Below are positions 48,325 to 57,335 of a stretch of 64,000 bases of DNA, piece after piece (position 1 is the first letter of the stretch; each line of letters opens with the position of its first letter). Position numbers and translations under genes: made by a program. A model generated the notes under the pieces. That model saw only the letters and a list, made by a program, of their open reading frames with translations. It was not told where the DNA came from and ran no database searches. Origin of the DNA: Staphylococcus phage Fi4S2; sequence record PV037056.1; one strand, written 5' to 3'.

Positions 48325-48684
48325 TCACTTGAATCTATGTCGTTTCACGTATTTTGTTATTATCCATGCTATTACCCCTATAACAACTCCAGTTAATACA
48401 AGTTCAACTACAACATACGGTTCAGTAAAACTATTAAATCTATTTGCAGATTCCGTGTTGTTCAATATGTCTGTCTTTATTAAACTAGAAGTTCGGGAAA
48501 AAGCCACAGCTAAAATATATGTGCCTAATATTAGTATACCATACAATACCGTGTTCTGTAGTATGTTTTTCTTCTTGTTTATTCCTAAGTAGACAACTAA
48601 TAGTAATAAAGAGATAGATAGTAGGATAACGGATAGTGTAGATATAGTTAAAACCTTGTCAAAAGTCAAAGAAAAACACCTCAC
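48325..48684 (-). CDS. membrane protein (119 aa, 3 predicted TM segments)
   Basis: Hydrophobic segments visible in the translation. Confidence 0.4.
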   Translation of the reverse strand: MRCFSLTFDKVLTISTLSVILLSISLLLLVVYLGINKKKNILQNTVLYGILILGTYILAVAFSRTSSLIKTDILNNTESANRFNSFTEPYVVVELVLTGVVIGVIAWIITKYVKRHRFK

Positions 48685-48736
48685 TCAATTTAATTTCTAC
48701 TTTATTAATATAGCATCAAAAAGGACAGTAGATGGT

Positions 48737-50035
48737 CTACTGTCCTAATTGAGGGTCTGTGGGTTCTAATGTTTGTTCTTCTTGAGCATTTTCTGTCTCA
48801 TTATCAGGTGTCTCTTCTCCAGTTTCTATAGTCTCTTCAGGATTCTCAGAGTTACCTACATCTTCTTCCATATTAGTTTCTTCTTCTTCAGGAGGAGAAG
48901 GATTAGTTACTTCTTCTTCTGTATTATCTCGCCCTTCTTCAGGAGGTGTAGGGTTGACTGTCTCTTCTCCATTACTGTTTTCATTGTTGTTTTCTGCTGG
49001 AGGTACTTCAGGTTCAGGAGCCTCTTCTCCATTACCACCATCTGTATCGACATTATCAGAAGGCTCTTCAGGATTAGTAACTTCCCCGTTACCACCATCT
49101 GTATTACCTCCTCCAATACCTCCAGGCGTATTAGGGTCAGGATTAGGATTAATATTAACGTCAGGGTCTTCAGGTACAGTAGGGTCTGTAGGCTCAGGTT
49201 CTACAGGTTGTGTAGGCTCTACAGGTGTAATGTTTCCATCTCCACCATTATTACTATCCCCGTTGTTAGTACCTGTATTACCTCCTCCTATTCCCCCAGG
49301 AGTGTTAGGGTCAGGGTTAGGATTTACATTAACGTCAGGGTCTTCAGGGTTATCAGTAGGTGGAGAAGGCTGTGTTACTCCATTGTCAACACCCTCTGCA
49401 TTGTTGTCATCTCCTCCTCCTATTCCTCCAGGAGTGTTAGGGTCAGGGTTAGGATTAACATTAACGTCAGGGTCTATTATACTTCCATATTCTTGACCAA
49501 TAACGGGCGGAGAGGAGCTATTTATATTTGGTGAAGTATTGTAAGGGTTGTTAACTAATGAGTCATCCTGAGATGGTACAGGTGCTTGTGCGCTTCTAGC
49601 TCTATCTAAAGACTCTTTATCACCTGCTTTGTAACCCTCACTTTCATTAGCTCTTACTTCTTTATTAGAGCTATCCTTCATTGCAGTATCGTCACTAATG
49701 ACTTCTTTAATAGATTTATCTTTGTTAGCTTCTTTATCTATTGTTTCTTTCATTTTTTCTGCGTCTTCTATTTTTTCTTGTTTACTCTTCTTGTTGTAAT
49801 CTTTATAGTCAGATTCCTTTTTTATTTTTATTATTTGCTTTTGAGCTTCATCTAGTTTACTCTTACTATCTTCTGAACGCTCTTTGTAAAGCTCCACCTT
49901 ATCTTCTAGATTCTCTGCATCAGAAGATAACTTTCTATTATTTACATACAAGAAAATAAGACCTAAAATGACTACGATACCTATAGCAATTACTAATACA
50001 TCACTTATAAGCTTATTTTGTTTTCCACTCTTCAC
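48737..50035 (-). CDS. membrane-anchored repeat protein (432 aa): N-terminal TM, coiled coil, then 3x PDVNVNPNPDPNTPGGIGGG repeats
   Basis: GTG start with an RBS (aaaggaggt). N-terminal hydrophobic helix. The repeats are visible at both DNA and protein level. Preceded by a promoter-like TTGACA. Confidence 0.45.
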   Translation of the reverse strand: MKSGKQNKLISDVLVIAIGIVVILGLIFLYVNNRKLSSDAENLEDKVELYKERSEDSKSKLDEAQKQIIKIKKESDYKDYNKKSKQEKIEDAEKMKETIDKEANKDKSIKEVISDDTAMKDSSNKEVRANESEGYKAGDKESLDRARSAQAPVPSQDDSLVNNPYNTSPNINSSSPPVIGQEYGSIIDPDVNVNPNPDPNTPGGIGGGDDNNAEGVDNGVTQPSPPTDNPEDPDVNVNPNPDPNTPGGIGGGNTGTNNGDSNNGGDGNITPVEPTQPVEPEPTDPTVPEDPDVNINPNPDPNTPGGIGGGNTDGGNGEVTNPEEPSDNVDTDGGNGEEAPEPEVPPAENNNENSNGEETVNPTPPEEGRDNTEEEVTNPSPPEEEETNMEEDVGNSENPEETIETGEETPDNETENAQEEQTLEPTDPQLGQ

Positions 50036-50133
50036 TTTTATACCTCCTTTTACTTTACTTTCAGTAATATAATAATGCTACTATATTGTCAACAAAAAAA
50101 AGAGAGCTAAGTTAATAGCTCTCTAGTTTTAGT

Positions 50134-50829
50134 TTATTTCCACTTAATTTTTCCCCAATATTTCTCACTCTTGATTCTTTCTTTCTTATCTGTGATTCTA
50201 CATACTGCTAAGTAGAAATAACCTGCTGAAGGGTTTGTTGGGTATTTAAACTTAATCCACCAGTAACCGTCTTTTTTAGTTACAGATACAAAGTCTACCC
50301 ATTGGTTAGCGTATAGCCAAGAGCCTTTGCCTACAACAGAACCTTTTAACCCAGCACTACGTCTAACTTTGATAGTAGCATTAGCTGTAAAGCGTCCTTT
50401 CCAAGCCCATGTAATTTTCTTAGAAGGTTTAGGTACAGGTAGTTTCTTGAATTTAGGTCTAACAAAAATCATGTTAGGGTCATAGTTGTGTACACGTTTT
50501 GTTACTGTTTCCCAACCTGTACCTCCCATTTCTCCACCTGATGTCCAGCCTCCTCCAAGCCAATTCTGCTCTAGGAGAGTTAAGCTGTTTAACGTTGCAG
50601 ATAGTACCCATGCAACATGTCCAGCTCCATTACCATATGTACCAGGGAATATACACATATCTCCTGGTTTAGCTAAAAAGCTAGGTGTATTTTTATAGAT
50701 AGTAGCTGTGTTTTTGAATATAGCTTTGTTATCTCCTGCGATATTTTTTGCATATGCTCCTGAAAGCATCTTACCAGGGAATAACTTTAGCCATCCTGCG
50801 TTTGCATAGTCATAACATTGAACTTTATA
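50134..50829 (-). CDS. endolysin B (CHAP + SH3b-like), exon 2
   Basis: In-frame continuation [13 protein letters not shown]... (CHAP Cys), then ...[10 protein letters not shown] (CHAP His), then an SH3b-like C-terminus. A stop codon sits immediately upstream of YKVQC, so the N-terminus must come from exon 1. Confidence 0.65.
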   Translation of the reverse strand, partial: YKVQCYDYANAGWLKLFPGKMLSGAYAKNIAGDNKAIFKNTATIYKNTPSFLAKPGDMCIFPGTYGNGAGHVAWVLSATLNSLTLLEQNWLGGGWTSGGEMGGTGWETVTKRVHNYDPNMIFVRPKFKKLPVPKPSKKITWAWKGRFTANATIKVRRSAGLKGSVVGKGSWLYANQWVDFVSVTKKDGYWWIKFKYPTNPSAGYFYLAVCRITDKKERIKSEKYWGKIKWK

Positions 50830-51713
50830 TTACGTATCTACCTTTCCTTTATACCATTTCTAGTATAAGATGTCTAGTAGGTACTCTTATAGTTTCCCAT
50901 AAGAATAGACTATCTCATTAATTGACAAATTCTTCAAATTTTAACTTTGTTCCATTTTTTAAGTTGTAATTAAGAATGAAATCTTTCCGTCCGTTAACTG
51001 CCTCTTGTAGTGTTTTAAAAGTACCTATATGCTTAGGTCTCCTATTTATACATACATTAACTTCATATTGGTCTTTAGACTCTCTATAGAAAACTCCTGT
51101 ATAACCTGTTTTATTGTTATACTTTTTCCTATTATTGGAATTCTCTTTAGGTGTCACCCAATGACAGTTATCAGGTCTGTAGTTTCTATTATTATCTATT
51201 CTATCTAGCTGATGGTTCTTACTTGGTGCGTCTCCCATGTCCTCATAAAAGTTAATAAATGATTCATCCCATCTACTACAAACTTTTATTCCTCTACCAC
51301 CGTATCTGTGATATGAGTGATAGTTAGAGTTGTTACACCTAGTCTTCATGTTCTTCCATGCTCTATACTCTTTAGGGTATTTTTTAGAACCACCATGAAT
51401 AGTTTTACTTTCTGATATTTTCATTCTTGTTTCTTTGTTTTGAAGTTTTTTAACCATCTATGTCTCCTCCTTTAGAGGTATCATAGCATAATTAAAGTTT
51501 GTTGTCAACTACCCTCCGCTGTCCGTCAATTGACGATGCTTAGTCGTTGGAGTTTCTACCTCTATTACCAAGGTAGCTTACCTGCTGATTGCCCATTGTA
51601 CATACTTATTATTTTTAAACATTCAAGCTTGCAATTACTTGCTACTTTGTAGTTAATAAGTCTTTAGGGGTTCCCAGTCAATTCAAAGGGTTTTACTTGG
51701 GCTATAATGTTAA
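50830..51713 (-). mobile_element. group I intron in the endolysin B gene, carrying an HNH endonuclease
   Basis: An R-like element on the minus strand (ccaacgactaag, reverse complement of 51538-51549). An ORF lies between the lysin exons. This is analogous to the lysK intron of phage K. Confidence 0.6.
50918..51457 (-). CDS. intron-encoded HNH endonuclease with an AP2-like DNA-binding domain (179 aa)
   Basis: HQLDRIDNNRNYRPDNCHWVTPKENSNN (HNH). TGYTGVFYRESKDQYEVNVCINRRPKHIGTFKTLQEAVNGR (AP2-like). Confidence 0.7.
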   Translation of the reverse strand: MVKKLQNKETRMKISESKTIHGGSKKYPKEYRAWKNMKTRCNNSNYHSYHRYGGRGIKVCSRWDESFINFYEDMGDAPSKNHQLDRIDNNRNYRPDNCHWVTPKENSNNRKKYNNKTGYTGVFYRESKDQYEVNVCINRRPKHIGTFKTLQEAVNGRKDFILNYNLKNGTKLKFEEFVN

Positions 51714-51803
51714 CCCAAACCAACCATCTGCATCATAACGTTTACCAATAGACTGCTTCATCCATGCTATAAACTCTTTTTGTGTCAACTTTGCTGTTGC
51801 CAT
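51714..51803 (-). CDS. endolysin B, exon 1 (~30 aa: MATAKLTQKEFIAWMKQSIGKRYDADGWFG)
   Basis: RBS aaaggatg. The sequence resembles the CHAP N-terminus of LysK-type lysins (..DADGYYHAQC..). A stop follows 3 codons later unless it is spliced to exon 2. Confidence 0.55.
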
Positions 51804-51868
51804 TCTATTACATCCTTTCTAATATAAATAAGGGGCTAGAATCATCTAGCCTCTTTTGTCTTATATGC

Positions 51869-52792
51869 TTACGACCATTTAATAGTTCCCCAGTAACGTT
51901 CATTCTTAATCTTTTCTTTCTTGTCAGTTATTTTAGTAACTGCACAATAGAAATAGTTTTTGCTTGAACCTGGTGCTTGATACTTAAATCTAATCCACCA
52001 ATAACCATTAGCTTTAATAACTTGGTCAAATTTTACCCAGTCATTTTTATCGTATAGCCAAGAGCCTTTGTCTACAATAGCTCCACTAAGACTAGGGGAC
52101 TTACGAACCTTAATAGTTGTATTTGGATAGAAAGTACCTTTCCAATTCCATTTAGTTCTAGGAGCTGGTTTAGAAGGTTTAGCCTTCTCTGCTGTAGTGT
52201 CTTTAGAAGGAGCTACATCTTTCTTGTAGTATTTAGCTACAATTTTGTCTAAGTTAGAAGTTGCTCTTCCGTATCCTGAAGCTTGTAATACGTTACCAGG
52301 GTCTTGTTTACCAGCTTGGATGTCCTGATGCCCTGGCATATTAGTTTTATAGTTAATACCCCAATACTCAGCTAAGTAAGCTAAAACTTTTGCTCCATTT
52401 TCTAATGATTTCTTAGAGCGTGCTTTATCTGAGAAGTAAGATATTTCTACACCAATAGCACCATCATTAGCATCTACACCATACCAAGCATTATCTTGTT
52501 GTGCATCATATAATACATGCCAGGCTTTTTCTGTAGTAGGTATACAAACAATAGCCTCTTTGTCATCAACAAAGATGTGAGCTGATGCTACAAAGTCCCA
52601 AGAGATGTTATAACTATTTCTGTAATAGTCTACATTATTTTGAGCTGTAGTATTAATGTTTCCTGTATCGTGAGCCACAATAAATTTTGGCTTACCTGTT
52701 GTTAACTTTTGACCTGAACGTCTAGTACCGATTGGTAATAAGTCTGTTTTGACTTTTACACCTTTCCACGTCTCTGCCATTAACTTCACCAT
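51869..52792 (-). CDS. endolysin A: N-acetylmuramoyl-L-alanine amidase (amidase_2) + SH3b-like cell-wall-binding domain (307 aa)
   Basis: KFIVAHDTGNINTTAQNNVDYY... matches amidase_2/PGRP. The C-terminal ~90 aa are paralogous to the C-terminus of endolysin B. Confidence 0.75.
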   Translation of the reverse strand: MVKLMAETWKGVKVKTDLLPIGTRRSGQKLTTGKPKFIVAHDTGNINTTAQNNVDYYRNSYNISWDFVASAHIFVDDKEAIVCIPTTEKAWHVLYDAQQDNAWYGVDANDGAIGVEISYFSDKARSKKSLENGAKVLAYLAEYWGINYKTNMPGHQDIQAGKQDPGNVLQASGYGRATSNLDKIVAKYYKKDVAPSKDTTAEKAKPSKPAPRTKWNWKGTFYPNTTIKVRKSPSLSGAIVDKGSWLYDKNDWVKFDQVIKANGYWWIRFKYQAPGSSKNYFYCAVTKITDKKEKIKNERYWGTIKWS

Positions 52793-52833
52793 TCTTTCTT
52801 TATATTTTCCTTGCTTAAATAATATAGCAAGTA

Positions 52834-53040
52834 CTAATCTTCTTGAATAGTTAAAAGAGACTTAATAATCTGACTAGCGTATTTACCATCTAGTGTTTTT
52901 AAATCTACATCAGGGAGTAAATCCATTTTATCCCACAGTTCTTCTTTTGTTTGAACTTTATTATTGATAAATGCTTTACCAATTAAACTTTGAATATAAT
53001 TAAATTGTTTTGAACTCATTGGTTGAGAAGTATTATTCAT
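52834..53040 (-). CDS. hypothetical protein (68 aa)
   Basis: ORF with an RBS. Confidence 0.35.
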   Translation of the reverse strand: MNNTSQPMSSKQFNYIQSLIGKAFINNKVQTKEELWDKMDLLPDVDLKTLDGKYASQIIKSLLTIQED

Positions 53041-53214
53041 AATATACCGCCTTTAATTTTGTTTATATGTATTTGAAGAGGAGGTAAAAGGAGCCACCCT
53101 AATACCTCTTTGATTTAACAGCTTAGAGTATAGTCAAAATAAGTAGTAGATTACCTTGACTATAAATACATTATAACACAGAGTAGTTATATTTTTTTAT
53201 CTTTTACATATAGT

Positions 53215-53570
53215 TATTTAATCTTGAATGTGGGAGTTCTTACCTTTATTTATGTTGTATAAAACTTATTATGACACATTTAGGAATTTAACGATGTTTA
53301 TTAGTATATATACTTTAATAACCTTTATTAGTACTTTAGTAATTATAATAATAATAGTTATATATAAAGATTGATAAATGTTCTAAATGTGTCACTTTAT
53401 GTTGTATACTATCTATTATGACGTATTTAGGAATTTATTAACCTTTATTAGTAATTATAGTTATAATACTAGTAATTATAATTAAAGATATATAAAGTAT
53501 ATAGTTATATATAAAGATTAATAAAATCTTAAATGTGTCACTTTCTGTATTACACAATATAATAAAAAAA
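53215..53570. repeat. AT-rich tandem direct repeats (~150-165 bp unit, ~2.3 copies) in an intergenic region
   Basis: Recurring blocks aaatgtgtcactttatgttgtata, ttatgac(a/g)(c/t)atttaggaattt, aacctttattagta and agttatatataaagatt(g/a)ataaa, in the same order. Confidence 0.8.
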
Positions 53571-53607
53571 GAGAACTAAACTAATAGCTCTCTTCAAGAT
53601 ATATTTA

Positions 53608-53826
53608 TTAAACTTTACCTTCTACAGATATAATTAAGTTAGCATTAATAAAGATTTGTTTAGAATCTACACTATCTTCAGTATTAGCTAAGAATAAACT
53701 ATGTCCACCTTTACCAATAGACTGAGAAACATGAGTTACAGGTATTACCCCAGCCTCTCCTTCAGGGAAAGCAAAGAATTTACTACCGTCAATCATTGTT
53801 ATTTCTAGTTTTTTAAAGTTATACAT
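53608..53826 (-). CDS. hypothetical protein (72 aa)
   Basis: ORF followed by a terminator-like hairpin (agagagcta...tagctctct type). Confidence 0.35.
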   Translation of the reverse strand: MYNFKKLEITMIDGSKFFAFPEGEAGVIPVTHVSQSIGKGGHSLFLANTEDSVDSKQIFINANLIISVEGKV

Positions 53827-53843
53827 TTACAACTTCCTCTCTT

Positions 53844-54182
53844 TTAATTTAAAAATTTACCAAGTATATAAGGTATAGCAACACCAATAGCACCTAGTAT
53901 AGCCTTCTCAGCAAAAGCTTTTCTGTTATCACTACGGTCTTGGTCACTATCTTGTAAAGCTTTTAGTTGTTGAGATAGCTCATTGACAGTATCAAACAGT
54001 TGTTGGTTTTTTATCTTATCTATTTCATAATTTCTATCTAGGCTGTTTAGCTTAGCTTCTAAGTCTTCTAGAGACTGAATTAATGCTTTGAAATCTTCAG
54101 TTTTAACATATTTACCTGCTATTAAATCTTGCTCTATGCTTCTTAATCTATCCAATACATCTGAAAGATTGCTAGTGTCCAA
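53844..54182 (-). CDS. XhlA-like coiled-coil protein with a C-terminal TM helix (112 aa), lysis-associated
   Basis: N-terminal coiled coil and C-terminal hydrophobic AILGAIGVAIPYILGKF. This architecture resembles XhlA-family lysis accessory proteins. Confidence 0.4.
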   Translation of the reverse strand: MDTSNLSDVLDRLRSIEQDLIAGKYVKTEDFKALIQSLEDLEAKLNSLDRNYEIDKIKNQQLFDTVNELSQQLKALQDSDQDRSDNRKAFAEKAILGAIGVAIPYILGKFLN

Positions 54183-54216
54183 GACCTTACCCTCCCATCA
54201 AAACTTTTACTGCACT

Positions 54217-54492
54217 TTATGTTGATTTTTCTTTAAAGTATGTTATAATATAGTTAATCAGTGATAGAGTAGTAGCTATTACTGTAATAAAGGTTATTGG
54301 CAGTGACCTAGTAGCAAGACCTAGCAAGTTTAATATGAGCAAGCATATCAAAACTATAACTGAAATAGCACTATAACATTTATCAATACCATTGCGGTAG
54401 TATAGATTATGAGAAAGCCTTTTTGTACTATGTTCAAGAAGGAAGATGTACCACAAGCTAGACGCAAAATAAAGTGCAAAAAATAACCACAT
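54217..54492 (-). CDS. small membrane protein (91 aa, 2-3 TM), candidate holin
   Basis: Hydrophobic helices. First gene of the minus-strand lysis-region operon. Confidence 0.35.
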   Translation of the reverse strand: MWLFFALYFASSLWYIFLLEHSTKRLSHNLYYRNGIDKCYSAISVIVLICLLILNLLGLATRSLPITFITVIATTLSLINYIITYFKEKST

Positions 54493-54607
54493 AAGTCTTC
54501 ACCTCTCAAAAAAATAATATAACACAATGGTTTGGCAGGCAGTTGTGTTAAATTAATAGTATATAGGCTGTAATTTTAGCCTAAGAAAAGTAGAGGTGTG
54601 ATAAGCT

Positions 54608-55033
54608 TTGTTTTCAAACTTAAAAGACGTTATTCTTAAAGCTTTTTTAGTGGTATTTGTGTCCATGCTAGCACTAGCAGTAGTAAATCATTTAGCATTT
54701 ATGTTAGGTCTTAGACCGACATCTATAATAATTTATATACTATTTGGTGTGGTGCTGACTAATACCGTACTCAATTGGTATGATAGAATAGCTAATAATT
54801 ATGAAGACCCTTTACCTAAATACGTAATAGATAAATTAGAGCGTAAAGATAAAGAACTACAAATTATAAAAGAAGCTATTAACAACATAGAAGGAATTAA
54901 TTTAACACGTTCAGAGATTGAAGTCTTAGCAGAAAAACACCTCCAAGACCAAAAGTCAGGTGGTGATAAGTCAGATGACTCTGCAAGAACTGAAGAAGAA
55001 AAGGTTATCAGTATCAAAAAAACAAATAAGTAA
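54608..55033 (+). CDS. membrane protein (141 aa) with an N-terminal 2-TM region and a charged C-terminus
   Basis: ORF. GTG/TTG-type start in the track. Confidence 0.35.
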   Translation: MFSNLKDVILKAFLVVFVSMLALAVVNHLAFMLGLRPTSIIIYILFGVVLTNTVLNWYDRIANNYEDPLPKYVIDKLERKDKELQIIKEAINNIEGINLTRSEIEVLAEKHLQDQKSGGDKSDDSARTEEEKVISIKKTNK

Positions 55034-55271
55034 TAAAAACATCGTACATTTTAGAAGGTATGATAAAAGACCTACAGACTCTACAAGAGTGTGTTGTGTT
55101 TGCGGAAGACCTCTAACTAAGGTAAATCTAGCTACTGGTCAAGTTATAACAGACGTTGAACATAAACAGATAACTGTAGGCTATGGACTGAAAGTTCATG
55201 TATGTTACTACATAAAAAGCTGTAAGACTTATCTACGGTGGAAAGGAGACCTTGAGGAAAGTGAGAGCTGA
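54960..55271 (+). CDS. hypothetical zinc-ribbon protein (103 aa)
   Basis: CCVCGRP...C..C motifs. Confidence 0.3.
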   Translation: MVISQMTLQELKKKRLSVSKKQISNKNIVHFRRYDKRPTDSTRVCCVCGRPLTKVNLATGQVITDVEHKQITVGYGLKVHVCYYIKSCKTYLRWKGDLEESES

Positions 55272-55677
55272 CCAAATTAGAGACCGTATGCAACAAAAGA
55301 AAGCATCTTTAGAGGACACAAAAAAAGAAACTATTAGTAACTTTAATAATACTGCTCAAACCTTAACAAAAGCTTTTTTCCAAAAAGTTCAAAATGGTGA
55401 GGTAGAGATAACAGATGTAAATGAATTCCAAAGAATATTTGCTATGTTCCTTCAGATTAATGAACTAGAGAACGGTACAGATGGCACTGGTATGCTACCT
55501 CAATTGTCCGTTTCTCAAAATAGAGCGTTAGACCAAAACATAGAATTTGAGTCTGATGATGAAGGTGAGCAGTATGTAGTGGAATCATCAATTGAAGACA
55601 TGACAGAAGAAGATTTAATGAAGATGATAGCACAAAAAGAAGAAGCAATGAATGAAGACAACTATAGACAATTTTAG
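55252..55677 (+). CDS. hypothetical acidic protein (141 aa), upstream of terL
   Basis: ORF. Could be a small terminase subunit by position, but there is no supporting motif. Confidence 0.3.
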   Translation: MRKVRADQIRDRMQQKKASLEDTKKETISNFNNTAQTLTKAFFQKVQNGEVEITDVNEFQRIFAMFLQINELENGTDGTGMLPQLSVSQNRALDQNIEFESDDEGEQYVVESSIEDMTEEDLMKMIAQKEEAMNEDNYRQF

Positions 55678-55696
55678 ATAAAGAAGGTATATACAT

Positions 55697-56040
55697 ATGG
55701 ATGGTAAAGAACTTTTAAAGATTACCAAAGAGACATTCAAGACGGATAATCCTACAAAGGAGCAACTTGATTATGTGTTAACAACGTCTAGGCCTTCGAG
55801 TTATATTCTAAAACATAGTAAAGTAAAAGGGCATCCGTTGACTTTCTCTATACCAAATAGAGACTCTGCGAATGCCCATTCTCATAGGCCATGGCAAACT
55901 CAAATCGTAAACGACCAGCATCCAAATAAAGCTATAATAAAGGCAAGACAATTGGGGCTCAGTGAGATGGGAGTATGGGAAATGATGTGGTTTGCAGACA
56001 TGCATAGCTATGCATCTGCTAAGTGTTTGTATACTTTCCC
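55697..56040 (+). CDS. terL: terminase large subunit, exon 1 (~110 aa; 3' boundary approximate)
   Basis: Deviant Walker A of the terminase type (KARQLGLSEMG). The ORF stops shortly after, and intron sequence follows. Confidence 0.6.
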
Positions 56041-57335
56041 TAAATAATTGGGGCTATAGTAAGTAATTACTATAGAAAACTCTACTAAAAGGGCAAAGCT
56101 GAATAATGAATAAGCTGATAAGAGAGCCTAAGTCCTAAAAGGATAGTGGTAATCCCTTCCTAAATTCTTGACATCATAGATTCACTATGCTATGATTAAA
56201 TCAAGATAAATGGCTAACGACTAAATTTACTGGTATCTATTCAAAAGGGAATAAGTAGAACAGTATAAGAAAACTTGTCAATTTAGCTAAAATAGGAGAA
56301 TTGAAAATGACTAAAAGAAAAACCCATGATGAATTTGTAAAAGATGTTTATAATCTAACAGGTGATGAATACACTGTAGTAGGAACCTATACACTAACAA
56401 AAAACAAATTAGAGATGAAACATAATGTTTGTGGTAACACATATGAAGTAAAAGCAAATAACTTTATATGTGGTAAACGATGTCCTGTATGTATGAAAAA
56501 GAAAAAATACAATACCTCTGAAGATATAAAACAGAGGATAGATGATAAATATCAGGGTCGTTTAGTTATGGTAGGTGACTATGTAGACTTACAGACAAAA
56601 ACATCTTTTAAATGTACTATCCACAATACTTATATAGATAGAGCTCCTGGAGTAGTTTTGTCTACTAATACTAACGTATGTAAAGAATGTATAGCAGAAG
56701 CTTCTAGTAAACGACAATTGAGTAATTCCAAGTACATTCAGGATAAGTTAGATAAGTTACACAATGGAGCTATCATAATTATAGGTGATTATAAAGGTAA
56801 TCATACAAAAACTCTTTTTAAGTGCTTAGACTGTACCAAAGAGTTTGATGCAGAGCCTAATTCTGTTACTAGAATAAGTGGATGTCCAAGATGCAAATTA
56901 TCAAAAGGTGAAAAAGAAATATCTTCAATTCTTAACTCTTTAAATGTGTCATATATACCTCAAAAGACTTTTGATGATTGCATATACAAAAGAAAGTTAC
57001 CTTTTGATTTTTATATAGAGAGTGCAAATTTACTAATTGAATATGATGGTTTACAACATAGTAAGCCTATAGAGTACTTCGGTGGAGAAGAAGCCTATAA
57101 AAAGCAAGTTATTAAGGATTCTATAAAAACCAAGTATGCTACTGATAATAATATCAAGTTAGTGAGATTTAATTACAATACTCCTAAGACAGAAATGAAG
57201 AAAACTATTGTAAAACTTATTGACAAGAAGTAATGTAGAGAATCCTTAACCTAAACTAAGGATTATGAGATAGTCTAGTCCCACTCTTAAATGAGTGTTA
57301 AAGTATCACGAAAGTGAGGGTATAATCGACAAATA
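56041..57335 (+). mobile_element. group I intron in terL carrying a 310-aa endonuclease ORF (boundaries approximate)
   Basis: R-like aaatggctaacgactaaattt at ~56203-56223 and S-like gagatagtctagtcc at ~57268-57282, able to pair as P7. The ORF sits between them. Confidence 0.6.
56301..57233 (+). CDS. intron-encoded endonuclease: three ~60-aa zinc-finger-like repeats + C-terminal Vsr/DUF559-like (PD-(D/E)xK-type) nuclease motif
   Basis: Repeats of ..(V/I)GDY....TK..FKC....(x)n..C..C. The C-terminus reads FDFYIESANLLIEYDGLQHSKPIEYFGG. Confidence 0.55.
   Translation: MKMTKRKTHDEFVKDVYNLTGDEYTVVGTYTLTKNKLEMKHNVCGNTYEVKANNFICGKRCPVCMKKKKYNTSEDIKQRIDDKYQGRLVMVGDYVDLQTKTSFKCTIHNTYIDRAPGVVLSTNTNVCKECIAEASSKRQLSNSKYIQDKLDKLHNGAIIIIGDYKGNHTKTLFKCLDCTKEFDAEPNSVTRISGCPRCKLSKGEKEISSILNSLNVSYIPQKTFDDCIYKRKLPFDFYIESANLLIEYDGLQHSKPIEYFGGEEAYKKQVIKDSIKTKYATDNNIKLVRFNYNTPKTEMKKTIVKLIDKK

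Noticed and set aside
53215-53570. Possible CRISPR array
   Set aside because: The repeat unit is ~150-165 bp, AT-rich and contiguous. There is no short repeat / unique spacer alternation, and no cas genes are nearby.
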